NCBI GenBank assembly: GCA_964016885.1
Contig: OZ024743.1
Span: 177,754,001 to 177,818,000, forward strand
Source of the DNA: Eledone cirrhosa
Lineage: Eukaryota
Direction: 5' to 3'
Length of the DNA: 64,000 nt
Numbering within the stretch: position 1 is the first letter of the stretch; each line of letters opens with the position of its first letter. The position numbers and the translations under genes are program-made. The notes under the pieces were generated by a model. The model saw nothing but the letters and a program-made list of their open reading frames with translations, was not told the DNA's origin and did no database searches. Positions 1-12,975 of this stretch are shown here, in pieces.

Positions 1-306
1 CATGATGCCAATAAGAAACACACCGTCCACATGTTTTCACTTCAATTTATTATAAATTTCCGTTTGGTTTGGTTCGTTCCACTGAAGAGGTCACAGAATG
101 TGTGACGAAAGAATTTTGACAATATATGAACAACCATCCGGTAATAGAACCAACCAGCCAACCGGAAATTTATAATAAATTGAAGTGAAAACATCTGGTG
201 CGAGTGTTTCTTATTGGCAACATGACTCTCCCAAAGTATAACAATATCGGTTTCAACACACGTTTTCAGATAAGGAATCTTGATAAACAAATTCAGAAAC
301 GAAATA
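1..306 (+). mobile_element. Diverged PLE pseudo-LTR fragment with 5' inversion and hammerhead core
   Basis: Similar to 11604-11868. Bases 1-80 are an inverted copy of ~147-225. CTGAAGAG-GTCACA...TGTGAC-GAAA at 82-111. Ends in AACGAAAT followed by TA. Confidence 0.7.
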
Positions 307-516
307 TATATTAGAAAGTGAGGTTTTTTTTACAAAATGCAAAATAACCGAGGGGTACGACACGAGTGAAAGTATAAAGAAAAAAAGGATGAAATCGAAA
401 ATGCAACTGGAGTCTTACTTAAAAAAATATAAATATATTTATGTGATTCCTTTACCGGTTGCGCAGTTCTTCTGCTTTTCAAAAGAAGAGTTGAGATTGA
501 GGGTCTCTGATTTTTC

Positions 517-587
<71 letters not shown>

Positions 588-807
588 CGTTTCTGAATTT
601 GTTTAGCAAGATTCTTTATCTGAAATCGTGTGTTGAAACCGATATTGTTATACTTTGGGAGGGTCATGTTGCCAATAAAAAACACACGCACCAGTTGCTT
701 TCACTTCAATTTATTATATATTTATAAATTTATAAATTTACAAATCTACCAACTTATAAATTTCTGGTTGGTTGGTTGGTTCCACAACCAGATAGTTGTT
801 TATATAT

Positions 808-852
808 AGTCATAGTCCTTTCGTCGCACACTCTGTGACCTCTTCAGTGACT
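808..852 (-). ncRNA. Type I minimal hammerhead ribozyme (inverted copy)
   Basis: Reverse complement reads AGUCA-CUGAAGA-G-GUCACA gagug UGCGAC-GAAAG-GA-CUA-UGACU. Confidence 0.65.
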
Positions 853-921
853 GGGGATTCCTTAACAAAATGGCGTAGGACAGAAGAAAGGAAAGGCACA
901 GAAACAAAGAAAGGAATCCCC

Positions 922-966
922 AGTCACTGAAGAGGTCACAGAGTGTGTGACGAAAGAACTATGACT
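922..966 (+). ncRNA. Type I minimal hammerhead ribozyme
   Basis: Stem I AGUCA/UGACU, core CUGAAGA plus one extra G, stem II GUCACA/UGUGAC, GAAA, very short stem III, CUA triplet. Confidence 0.7.
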
Positions 967-1149
967 ATATATAAACAACTATCTGGTTGTGGAACCAACC
1001 AACCAACCAGAAATTTATAAGTTTGTAGATTTGTAAATTTATAAATTTATAAATATATAATAAATTGAAGTGAAAGCAACTGGTGCGTGTGTTTCTTATT
1101 GGCAACATGACCCTCCCAAAGTATAACAATATATATATATATATATATA

Positions 1150-1745
1150 TTTATTAAAATAACAGATTAAAGCTTAAGCAAAGAATCGCTGCTTTCACCA
1201 TTAACGGGATCTTCTGAAACTAACAAAGTCAATCTGTGAACGCAGAAGTGAATATTTCAAAAAACATTGCAACCGCAGAAAGACAGAAAGACGATACTTT
1301 GGTTCGTGGAAACGTTCCCTGGCAAAGAAAAAACGAATATAATACGTCATTATTTGGAGCGGTGAAAAACAATTACACGCAAAGAGAAAAACCACGTTTG
1401 TGGTATAAAAGAAGTCGTAGACTAATATTCTATTAGGTGGTTCATAGAGACGTTCTCTGTCAATGAACGGAAAAAAACGAAGATAATACGTCATATGTGG
1501 AGTGCGGAGAACAATTGCACGTAAAGACAAAACCACGTAAATGGTATAACTGAAGTCGTAGACTAAAATTCTAACTAGGAAACCGAATGATTCTTGGCTT
1601 CAGAGTTAAGAATAAAGTAAATAAAATACAGAGGTAATTGAAATTAAATAAATACATAAACTCATCCATATACGTACATACACAAACATAAGCGGAAACA
1701 CTCGCCATAGGCATACACATACACGCACGTACACAAAAAATAAAT
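1150..1745 (+). repeat. Interspersed repeat, probably a non-autonomous Helitron family
   Basis: Inverted copy at ~3310-3995 and partial copies at 3168-3213 and 38790-38900. The neighbour at 3996-4050 matches Helitron subterminal sequence at 33592-33643. Confidence 0.55.
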
Positions 1746-2203
1746 TTAAAGTATTACTCTAAAATAATAACGTAAGGTCTTCAAAATGCTATTAATTAAG
1801 CATGCAGTGTATTGCAAAATACACTATATATACATTCATATATATATCGCTATTTCAGAGCACCAATTCCAATTTTCAATTTCTGCTTGACCGGCAACCG
1901 CTCTGTATAATCAGTTCCTGATTATTACTAGAATTCTATAAGAATCAAACATTCATGATTTCCAGCAAACAGGTGGAGTGCTTAGCTTTGATAAGTACCA
2001 AATAGTACGAAACAGAGCTATGTCAGCTTTATCTCCCCCTGTTTGTTGAAAATTTAAAGTAAGTGAGACTGTCACTACTCTAAAACAATAGCGTAAGGTC
2101 TTGAAAATGCTTTTAATTAAGCATACAGTGGATTGCAAAATACATTATATATACATTCATATATATATCGCTATTTCAGAGCACCAATTCTAATTATATA
2201 TAT

Positions 2204-2867
2204 ACAAGCAAATTATAAATGTAAACATGTAAGTATGTTTTTGAAACGGTGCGCGAGTTTGAAATTAGAAATTATAAGCTTTCACCGTATTTTAGACTAA
2301 AAAAATTTCTAGCCTGATAGTGGGGTTTATAACCCTCGGAGAAATGGAAAAAGATGAGTGTTGCCGTACATGGGAGTCGAACCCACATCTTTGGTTATCC
2401 AGATCACTGTGCTACCATTACACCAATACACATCCCGTCTCCTTCCATTCGAATTAGAAGCTATGAACTTAGCAAGTGAATGATAAACAAGCAACTTATA
2501 AATGGAAACATGTAAGTATGTTTTTGAAACGGTGCGCGAGTTTGAAATTAGAAATTAGAAATTATAAGCTTTCACCGTATTTTAGACTAAAGACATTTCT
2601 AGCCTGATAGTGGGATTTATAACCCTCCGAGATTTATAATTTGCTTGTTTATCATTCACTTGCTAAGTCCATAGCTTCTAATTCGAATGGAAGGAGACGG
2701 GATGTGTATTGGTGTAATGGTAGCACAGTGGTCTGGATAACCAAAGATGTTGGTTCGACTCCCATGTACGGCAACACTCATCTTTTTTTCCATTTCTCCG
2801 AGGGTTATAAACCCCACTATCAGGCTAGAAATGTCTTTAGTCTAAAATACGGTGAAATCTTATAATA
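2204..2867 (-). mobile_element. tRNA-like (Pol III box A/B) element with partial-tandem plus inverted architecture in TA context
   Basis: ~283-bp unit 2204-2486, partial tandem copy 2487-2631, and inverted copy 2632-2867 of 2271-2503. Box A TGGTGTAATGG 2710-2720, box B GGTTCGACTCC 2752-2762, T6 at 2784-2789. Confidence 0.7.
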
Positions 2868-3309
2868 TATATATATATATATTTATATATATGTGTGTGT
2901 GTGCGTGCGTGTATACATATAATTAAATAAACGTATATAAATAAATAAATAATTTTTTTCAACCTGTGAGTTCTTTCGTTATTTTGGTATTGTGTGTTAG
3001 ATTTTGCCTACCACAATGTTTAATTTGTCAAGCTATTTAAACGTATCTTATTACTCTAAGGACCCTTGTCGAGTGCTTTGCAAACTCATTCATATCGTAG
3101 GTCGAATTTGCTTGCACACCGCCAAAGATTCGATTTTACTAAGCCTCCAATTATATATATATATATATTTATTAAAATAACAGATTAAAGTTTAAGCAAA
3201 GAATCGCTGCTTTATATATTTATCCTTATCGAGCCCTCTTTCGATTTTAGTCTTCAAATTTATTATTACTATATATATATATATCTTCTTTTTTATATAT
3301 ATATATTTT

Positions 3310-4080
3310 TTTAATGTGTATTTGGTGTATCCATTCGTGTGCGTGCGGGTACAGGCGTTGCGTGGGTTCTGTACATTCGTGCGGTTTTTTAATTTTTTGT
3401 ACGTGCGTGTATTTGTATACCTATGGCGAGTGTTTCCGCTTATGCTTGTGTATGTGATGCGTGTATGTATTTATTTAATTTCAATTACCTCTGCATTTTA
3501 TTTACTTTATTCTTAACTCTGAAGTCGAGAATCATTCGGTTTCCTAGTTTTTAGTCTACAACTTCAGTTATACCATTTACGTGGTTTTGTCTTTGCGTGC
3601 AATTGTTCTCCGCGCTCCACATATGACGTATTATCTTCGTTTTTTCCGTTCATTGCCAGAGAACGTCTCTATGAACCACCTAATAGAATATTAGTCTACG
3701 ACTTCTTTTATACCATACACGTGGTTTTGTCTTTGCGTGTAATTGTTTTTCACCGCTCCAAATAATGACGTATTATATTCGTTTTTTCCCGTTCTTTGCC
3801 AGGGAACGTTTCCACGAACCAAAGTATCGTCTTCCCGTCTTCCTGCGGTGGCAACGGTTTTTGAAATATTTACTTATCTGAAACTAACAAAGTCAATCTG
3901 CGTTCACAGATTGACTTTGTTAGTTTCAGAAGATCCCGTTAAGGGTGAAAGCAGCGATTCTTTGCTTAAGCTTTAATCTGTTATTTTAATAAATATTTGC
4001 TCTACGGTTCTTATATATTTGATATATATTTATCCTTATCGAGCCCTCTTTGGATTTTAGTCTTCGAATTTATTATTATT
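3310..4080 (-). repeat. Inverted copy of the 1150-1745 repeat family
   Basis: Reverse-complement similarity along ~650 bp, e.g. AGCAGCGATTCTTTGCTTAAGCTTTAATCTGTTATTTTAATAA. Confidence 0.7.
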
Positions 4081-4328
4081 ACTATATATATATATATATA
4101 TATATAATATGTAGCGTCCAAAAGAAAAGCGGGAGGCGACCACAGTTAAAGAAGGTACGCAATACGTTAGTAGAGTATAGCTATCTTCACTATATTATGG
4201 AAAAGACTTCTACAGGACACATATATATATATGAAAATTATATATATAAAATTTAATTGTAGAGTGCTTCATATCTGTTATGAACATAACTCTGTTGAAT
4301 ACTTATCAACAAAGCATATAATTTATTG

Positions 4329-4505
<177 letters not shown>

Positions 4506-4711
4506 AATAGTTGTCTAGCTTCACAGCTGGATGCTAATGCATGACCAGCGACATTTCCCCATGATTGCATAACTACACCTACGATTGTTTAAGAATCTGA
4601 TGCAGTAACAGCTGATGCAGTAATATACAAAACCATGTATCAGAAATGTATATCATGCAATAAAGCAATTATGGTAAAGTAACCGCGTCTTAACTACACT
4701 TAATTTGATAT

Positions 4712-4757
<46 letters not shown>

Positions 4758-5249
4758 TACATGTGTCATACATGTGTAGACAATATACTAACATAAACTC
4801 ATAGATATACCGGTATTGCGTGTGTCTGATTCTGATTTAAATATGATTAATAGAGAAATACAATCAGCCTAAAATATCAAACCGTTTCTCAAGTAGAAAT
4901 TTGTTTCTCTTATTTAAACGATAGCCCCTTTATGCTTATTTTATATATACGTAGATGCTTGTTATAATATTGAGTGGAAGTTCTATAATTATTACCAAAT
5001 GCCAAATCTGGCGGTGGCCCTCGTACATCAAAGCGGTTTGTACATTATGATGGTATGTAAATAACAACTTTAAATTTTATATTCTTCACACATAAGTCAC
5101 GGATGGCTATTGAACATAAATAATTTAATATGTGTGTGCATGTGGTTAGATTGTTTAAGGAAAGAACAGGTGGATAAACTTGATTGGCTAAACCAGCCAA
5201 CAGGAGACCCAGGGATAGACACGAAGCAATTTTGAGCGTGGCTAGTCTC

Positions 5250-5394
5250 GCTCGGGGATCCAGCCGGATCAATTACAGACGGTTGCTTCAGACATCCTGG
5301 TGGAAGGAGTGTTTGAGGACTCTACCCCCGCGACCCTATCAAGAAGAAGAAGAAGAAGAAGAAGAAGAAGAAGAAGAAGAAGAAGAAGAAGAAG

Positions 5395-5400
<6 letters not shown>
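5250..5400 (+). mobile_element. 3' end of an RTE-type retroelement with (GAA)n tail
   Basis: Similar to 45500-45665, which also ends in ...CCCC(G/A)CGACCCT..CAAGAAGAAGAA. Inverted copy at 13060-13210. Confidence 0.55.
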
Positions 5401-5431
<31 letters not shown>

Positions 5432-5522
5432 GCAACAGCAACAACAACAACAACAAACAACAACTCTATACCGAAGTCGTTCTTTTGGACTGAGTGCTAT
5501 ACAAACTTCTGTTTTTCAATCC

Positions 5523-5551
<29 letters not shown>

Positions 5552-5559
<8 letters not shown>

Positions 5560-5975
5560 AGATCAAAAGATGGTTAAAGGAGTTCCATGTATTTTATTAT
5601 GCGCATTTCAAAAACAAACATCATCATGCAATAATATTTGTGTTTTCATCAGATAAAACAGGAGAACATGATATGAAGGCTAAAAAACACTTGTGGATAG
5701 TGCAGTTTTAAATCAACATATCATTGATTTAAAACTGCACTATCCACAAGTGTTTTTTAGCCTTCATATCATGTTCTCCTGTTTTATCTGATGAAAACAC
5801 AAATATTATTGCATGATGATGTTTGTTTTTGAAATGCGCATAATAAAATACATGGAACTCCTTTAACCATCTTTTGATCTTATATTATGTAGACTCCAGT
5901 CCTACAAACTGTAGAGTGCTTCTTATCCGATATCTGCATTGCTTTATTGTACTACAATAAAACTCACCTCCTACA
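5552..5975. mobile_element. Palindromic hammerhead-bearing element in (TA)n
   Basis: Arms 5552-5716 and 5724-5888 appear perfectly inverted around a 7-nt spacer CATATCA. A unique tail to 5975 contains the GTAGAGTGCTTC motif. Confidence 0.85.
5780..5850 (+). ncRNA. Type I hammerhead ribozyme with palindromic stem/loop III (mirror copy 5590-5660 on - strand)
   Basis: Stem I UUUUAU/AUAAAA, CUGAUGA at 5788-5794, long AU-rich stem II, GAAAU-GCGC-AUA. Predicted cleavage after 5842. Confidence 0.8.
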
Positions 5976-6171
5976 TATATATATATATATATTTTTTTTT
6001 TTTGCATCCCCGAAATATATATTGAAATAAATGGTGATGATATAAAGTATATATATTGCGTTTATTTCTATTATTATCATCATACTCCAGATAAATATTA
6101 ACTGTTGAGTGCTTCGTATATGTTATACACATAAGTCAGTTGATTACAGATAAACTAAGTCTTTAACTCAT

Positions 6172-8309
6172 ATCCAAGCACACCCTAGTGCCCATATAAC
6201 CATCTCCAAGAAAATATGCTGACAAGAATCGACCTCAATACCTCCTTGAAGAACATTCCTATCCCACCAAGGAAACAGTACATAAAAGCCCTCATTAGAC
6301 GGACTGATGAATTCATGAAACGAATTAGATGGACATCGTTCTTTTTCGACTACCCTGATGTAGCATCTACCAATAATGAGATGTACGGCTTTAAATCTAA
6401 TAAGGCTCCACCCACCAACTTGAACCATTTGAAGAAGACCTCTTTCAAATGATCAAAAATATTAAATTCAGGAAAGTCAACATACCTTTCCAAACGGACT
6501 TACAGGAGAAACTTCTGAAAATGAAAAGTTCCCCGTACCTCCACGTCCCTTCAGACAAAACAAAAAACACTTATGCGGTTATTCCCGACACCTACAACAA
6601 GCTTGCTGATAATGCCATCACAGCAAAGTACAAAAAAGTTGATGACACTACTTTGACTGAAACAAACTTAGCCGGAAAGAAGATCGCCACTTCCCTTAAA
6701 CTGGAAGACCGGACAGAACCTCTGAGGGTAAATCCCCACACTTCACCCTGAAAGACCACAAGAACAACTTTGATAATAAACCGTCGGTCCGGCTGATTAA
6801 CCCGACCAAGTCTGACATAGGATCCGTCAGTAAGAAGATCTTGGACAGGATTCTACCTAAACTACGTGCTGCCTCACCCCTCTCACTCTGGAATAGGACA
6901 TCCGAGGCAATCACTTGGTTCCCGGATTTGCCCGACAAAAGCAACACCCGAGGACTACTACGCCTCCATATCAGAGAGCCTGCTGATTGACGCGATTAAC
7001 TTCGCCAGGAACATTACCACCATCACTGAAGCCGAGCAGGATGTGATCCTCCATGCACGTAAGACTTTTCTTTACCATGACAAATCCCACTGGATCAACA
7101 AAAAATCTGAGACCCCCTTCGACGTTAGCATGGGTGCTAGCGACTCGGCTGAAATAAGTGACCTTGTGGGTCTGTTCATCCTCCACAGGTTGAAGACCCT
7201 TTTCACAGGCCTCTCCGGCGGTCTCTACCGAGATGACGGCCTCTTTGCTCTCCACAAAATCAACCCTAGGACCACGGATGGGTTCAGGAAAAACCTTTAC
7301 ACCTTCTTTAAAAACTTAGGCCTTAGGATTACCTTAGATTCGAACTTAACTAAAGCTAACTTCCTAGACGTTACCCTCGACTTAGAAACTTCCCTTTAAT
7401 GAATCCCTTAGATATATAGACGTAAATTCTAACCACCCCAAAAATATATTAGACAACCTAGTGAAAAGTGTCTCCATTAGGATATCTAGCCTCGCCGCCA
7501 AAGAAGATATCTTTAGAGCAGCAGCCCCCTATTACAACGAGGCCCTGGCCCGCAGCTGCTTTAGAGATAAGATCACCTACCTTAGTATAGCCCCACGCCC
7601 ACCCAGGAAGAATAGGCGAAGGCACATTAGCTGGTACAACCCCCCCTTCAACCGCGAAGTTTCAACACCTGTAGCTAAAATTTTCTTCACTCTCTTACAA
7701 AAACACTTCCCCACCCAACATAGGTACTATACAATCCTTAATAAGAATACCATCAGACTCTCCTACTCAACCACACCTAATCTAGCAAGGAACTTAGCCA
7801 ACAATAACGTCAATAAGCTAAATAAGTCTACTTTTTCCGAAGCCCATCCAGCAACCGATGGCAATTGCAATTGCCCTGATAAGACTACTTGCCCCCTCAA
7901 CAACAACTGTCTAAAAAAAGATCTCGTCTATATATGCGATGTACTCTCAGGCCCCGATGAAAAAAGAAACTCGTACATCGGGATGACTTCTAACAGTTTT
8001 AAGACTCGCTGGTACGCCCACCCACATTCGTTCCGGCGCCCAGACAAATCTAACCAAACAACACTCGCCGCCCACATCTGGCACCTTAAAAGGAACTCCA
8101 TCCCCTTCAAGACCCAATGGAGACTACTCCAGAGAGCGCGATTTTACACGGGAAGCCATAATTGCTGTGACCTCTGTATTTCCGAGAGCTATGAGATTCT
8201 ATTCGCCAAAGGCCCTCTCCTCAACAAGATCTCGGAACACTCCCCTAATTGCATGCACAAGAACTATGCAAATTACAAAAACTACAGACCCACCCGGGCC
8301 CCCGATTGA
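6172..8309 (+). pseudogene. Penelope-like retroelement RT plus GIY-YIG endonuclease, frameshifted (Hydra-clade-like)
   Basis: Consecutive ORFs carry PLE motifs: PSDKT, FDVSMGASDSAEISDLVG, LYRDDG, NFLDVTLDL, WYNPPF, CNC..CPL...CL, LVY...SYIGMTSNSFKTRW, and C-terminal CDLC...LLNK.SE...C.H. Confidence 0.9.
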
Positions 8310-8552
8310 CCCCTCCCCATATCACCACCCCACCCCCGTCCCCCATCCCACTTCCGTCCCTCCATCTCTCATTATTACCTTCTTCCCTCCCCTCCATCTC
8401 TCATTATTACCTTCTTTCCTCCCCTCCAGGTCTTTATATTGTGTTGTATGCCTCTGAGTAAGGTTCCGTGGCCGCACAGACACATTAACGTATATATCTG
8501 CTCATGCTTGCATTCGTGCAGTTATGAACTGCTGCACGCACACGTTCGAGAT

Positions 8553-8591
<39 letters not shown>

Positions 8592-8985
8592 TTTGTTTGT
8601 TTATTTGTTTATCTGTTTGTTTGTTTGTTAGTTAATTGATTTATTTATTATTTAATAAGATTTAATAATGAATAGATAAAAGATAAAAGATAGGTAATAA
8701 AAAGTGAATGGTAAATAATAAATAATAATAATTATTTAAATAATAATAATTATTATAAAGTGAATGGTAAATAATAAATAATAATAATTATTTACTTGAT
8801 GATAATATTAATAATTTAGTAGTGATAATAAATATTTTAATCTTTTATCAGGCTCAGTTTATAATTTGTCCCACTAATTTTTCCCAATATATATAGACAC
8901 ATATATGTGTGTGAACGAGTGCGTGTATGTGTATATGTGTATATGTGTATGTATTTGTACGTGTGTATGTGTATATAGGTGTATA

Positions 8986-9118
<133 letters not shown>

Positions 9119-9208
9119 ATATATGTATGTGTTTATGTATGTGTTTGTGTGAGTGTATGTATGTGTATGTATTTGTACGTGTGTATGTGTATATAGGTGT
9201 ATATGCAC

Positions 9209-9294
<86 letters not shown>

Positions 9295-9400
9295 ATATAT
9301 ATATGTGTTTATGTATGTGTTTGTGTGAGTGTATGTATGTGTATGTATGTGTGTGTATGTATGTATATGTATGTATAAAATAGTTTATACTTAGAGACAT

Positions 9401-9466
<66 letters not shown>

Positions 9467-10239
9467 ATGTATATATGTGTGTGTATGTGTATGCGTGTAT
9501 GTGTATATGTGTGTGTATGTGCTTTTTTATGTATCACCCACATAGATATATATACATACATATATACAAATACATATGTATAAATAATTATTTGCGTGCG
9601 TCCCCCCGCATCGCTCATGTATATATACAGACATATATACAAACACAAAAAAAAACAAAAAAAACCTATAACACTTTATATGCATGTTAATACACACATA
9701 TGCATTTGTATAGAGATAATCAAATATCAATATATTACTAAAGGATTATAACTTGTAAATATAAGCATAACAATATAAATTTAAAATACCAAAGGAATAT
9801 ATTTTGGAAATGCAACTATATCAGTATAGTCAAAAGAAATCTAGAAATATCAAAGCATTAAATATCTTTAAAACACTATAGAGTATCTTAAGTTAAAATA
9901 ATATGTTTTATATATTTAGTATAGAAATTTATCCTACGTATATCTCAATCAAGATATTGAAAGGGTAGACTTATGAAAGTTATGAGAAGCTATCAGAATC
10001 AAAACAAATAAATAAAAATAATTTAAAAGATTTAAAAAACCCAATGATTCTAAATATAACCTTATATTTAGTATAGAAATTTATCTTACGTATATTTTAT
10101 TTAATACATTGGAAGTATAGACATTTTAGAGTAGTTTATTATATCCATGTTTATATTTAGGAAGAAAGTTTAAAAAGAAAAAGGTGAAGGAATCTTGTGT
10201 AGACTTAAACTTAAACTTAAAGAACAATTAGAAGACAGC

Positions 10240-11394
10240 TTAACCCTGATAATGTACTCCCGCAACGTAGATGATATAAACATCGTAGTTAAGACACCCC
10301 CACTAGAGAACAGTCAGGAACTAGAGAAAAACACAATGGAAAGCATCCAGCAAATAGCAAACTCCATCCACCAGAGCATTAGAGTTACTATAGACTACCC
10401 AAGTAGACACCCCAGCCATCGATTACCTGTACTAGACACAGAGCTCTGGTTAGATACCATTAACAACCAAAAACAAATCCTCCATTCCCATTATGCCTAA
10501 CCCATGACTTCCAAACATCTGATCCACCGAAACTCGGCCATTTCGGACCATACCAAAATCAACATACTGATTGCGGATTTGGTACGGGTGATGAGAAATG
10601 TGTCCCGCATGTGCAACCCCGAAGAACTAGAGAGACACATACAACACTTCATCCACCGTATGCAGTTCTCTGGCTACAATCAGAGAGATAGAATCAGAGT
10701 GTATAGAGGAGCCAGAACCAAATGGGAAAAAATGGTAAATAATTATATAAATGGGACCTGCCCCTTGTATAGGAGCAAATTTTGGAATAGAATAGAAAGA
10801 ACTAGGAACAAGGCCAATAGAATAAACTCATGGTATGATAGCAATAAATACCAGAGAGTAATGTTCATCAATACAACCCCTAGAAGCGAACTAGCCTACA
10901 AATTTAGAAGGGCCCTAAATAAACATAAACTCAATATTAAGATAGTAGAAAGACCAGGTACCTCCGTAAAAACACTTATTAGCAAGACATACCCGTTCCA
11001 AAGACCCTCATGTATAGATAAGAAATGTATAACCTGTAAAATAAGCCCCCATATTAACTGTAAAACTAGAAATGTAGTGTATAGCATAAGATGTACTGAA
11101 GGACAATGTAGAAACAAAAATATAGTGTACATAGGTGAGACAGCTCGTAGTATAGGGGAACGGATAAATGAACACTGGCGAGACCTTCAAGATAATAAAG
11201 GATCATCTGTACTCTACCAACATGCTAAAATAGAACACAAGGGTAAATTAGAGAACATAGAAATAAAAATAGAATCTACACACAGAAAAGATGCAATGTT
11301 TAGGCAAATTACAGAGGCAGTAAATATAAAAGAATTACAACCAAAATTAAATAGAAAATATGAGTGGAACAGCAACATCACAACTTACAATTAA
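10240..11394 (+). pseudogene. 5'-truncated Penelope-like element, RT C-terminus plus GIY-YIG (Neptune-like)
   Basis: YSRNVDDI (RT motif), LPVLDTEL, CxxxxCxxC linker, NVVYSIRC...VYIGETARSIGERINEH, HAKIEH, EA..I...P.LN. One internal stop at 10498-10500. Confidence 0.88.
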
Positions 11395-12021
<627 letters not shown>

Positions 12022-12360
12022 CAGGTCACCATTTGCTGCTACTGGTAACATGTATCCCAGTACAACCTGTCTCATGGTCGGGTCGTTGGCGACTAAACTC
12101 CAACCCCACCAAGGTTTCTGATCAGAGCAAACAGCACGGACACTCTATCTCAAAATTATTTTTGAAAATCATTTAGAAATGCGCAACCGGTAAAAACTTA
12201 AAAACTTAAAACCACAACTGAATACTAACCCATACAATCACTAATACTCTTTTATTCCTAATTAAACCATCTTTCAACTGTGAACAATTTATCAGCATTT
12301 TCTATTCCGTTTACCAATATATAATAACTTGTGTGTTACACCTCTATTCTTTTAACTATA

Positions 12361-12394
<34 letters not shown>

Positions 12395-12399
12395 CATAT

Positions 12400-12459
<60 letters not shown>

Positions 12460-12655
12460 AATGAGTTAAAGACTTAGTTTATCTGTAATCAACCGACTTA
12501 TGTGTATAACAGATACGAAGCACTCAACAGCAAATATTTATCTGGAGTATGATGATATATAATAGAAATAAACGCAATATATATACTTTATATCATCACC
12601 ATTTATTTCAATAGATATTTCGGGGATGCAAAAAAAAAATATATATATATATATA

Positions 12656-12940
12656 TAATGTATAAAAATCAATACAATATAATTACCTCATTACGAGAGG
12701 TTTCCCGAATGAGGCGAATACGAAATAAACGACTTCATTCGTTCGTCAGACGAGGCAATATATTGCCTCGTCTGACGAACGAATGAAGTCGTTTATTTCG
12801 TATTCGCCTCATTCGGGAAACCTCTCGTAATGAGGTAATTATATTGTATTGATTTTTATACATTAAATTTTGCTCTGATACTTACATAGAGCACTCTTCA
12901 TTTCTATGACCTTTTCTGTTTCCAACGGAAATTTCAATAC
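12656..12940. mobile_element. Spacerless 210-bp palindrome (12656-12865) carrying back-to-back hammerheads, plus tail, in (TA)n
   Basis: Symmetry centre at 12760/12761 with 105-bp arms. The tail CATAGAGCACTCTT...TTTCCAACGGAA resembles the reverse complement of 44919-44975. Confidence 0.85.
12762..12839 (+). ncRNA. Type I hammerhead ribozyme (mirror copy 12682-12759 on - strand)
   Basis: 10-bp stem I AUUGCCUCGU/AUGAGGUAAU, core CUGACGA, stem II CGAAUGA/UCAUUCG, GAAAC-cucuc-GUA. Predicted cleavage after 12829. Confidence 0.8.
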
Positions 12941-12941
12941 T

Positions 12942-12975
<34 letters not shown>

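Larger units (their letters stand above)
585..1131. mobile_element. Non-coding foldback PLE pLTR unit in (TA)n, same family as the 3' end of the PLE at 10240-11868
   Basis: 585-863 is the reverse complement of ~11590-11867 and 864-1131 is a direct copy of ~11542-11808. Flanked by (TA)n on both sides. Confidence 0.85.
4978..6171. repeat. Left arm of a long inverted duplication (partner 12461-13484)
   Basis: 4978-5550 is the reverse complement of ~12945-13484 (ORFs 5045..5272 and 13190..13417 translate identically). 5990-6171 is the reverse complement of 12461-12640. Confidence 0.85.

Noticed and set aside
1773-2192. ~115-bp direct repeat (1773-1875 / 2075-2192) as LTRs
   Set aside because: No TG..CA ends, PBS or TSD seen. 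More likely an internal duplication of the adjacent repeat.
2313-2347. Hammerhead-like CTGATAG...hairpin...GAAA
   Set aside because: The core is not CUGANGA, and no stem I or NUH triplet can be placed.
2703-2772. Functional tRNA gene
   Set aside because: Box A and B are present, but the anticodon arm and acceptor stem pair poorly and the unit lies within a repeated element.
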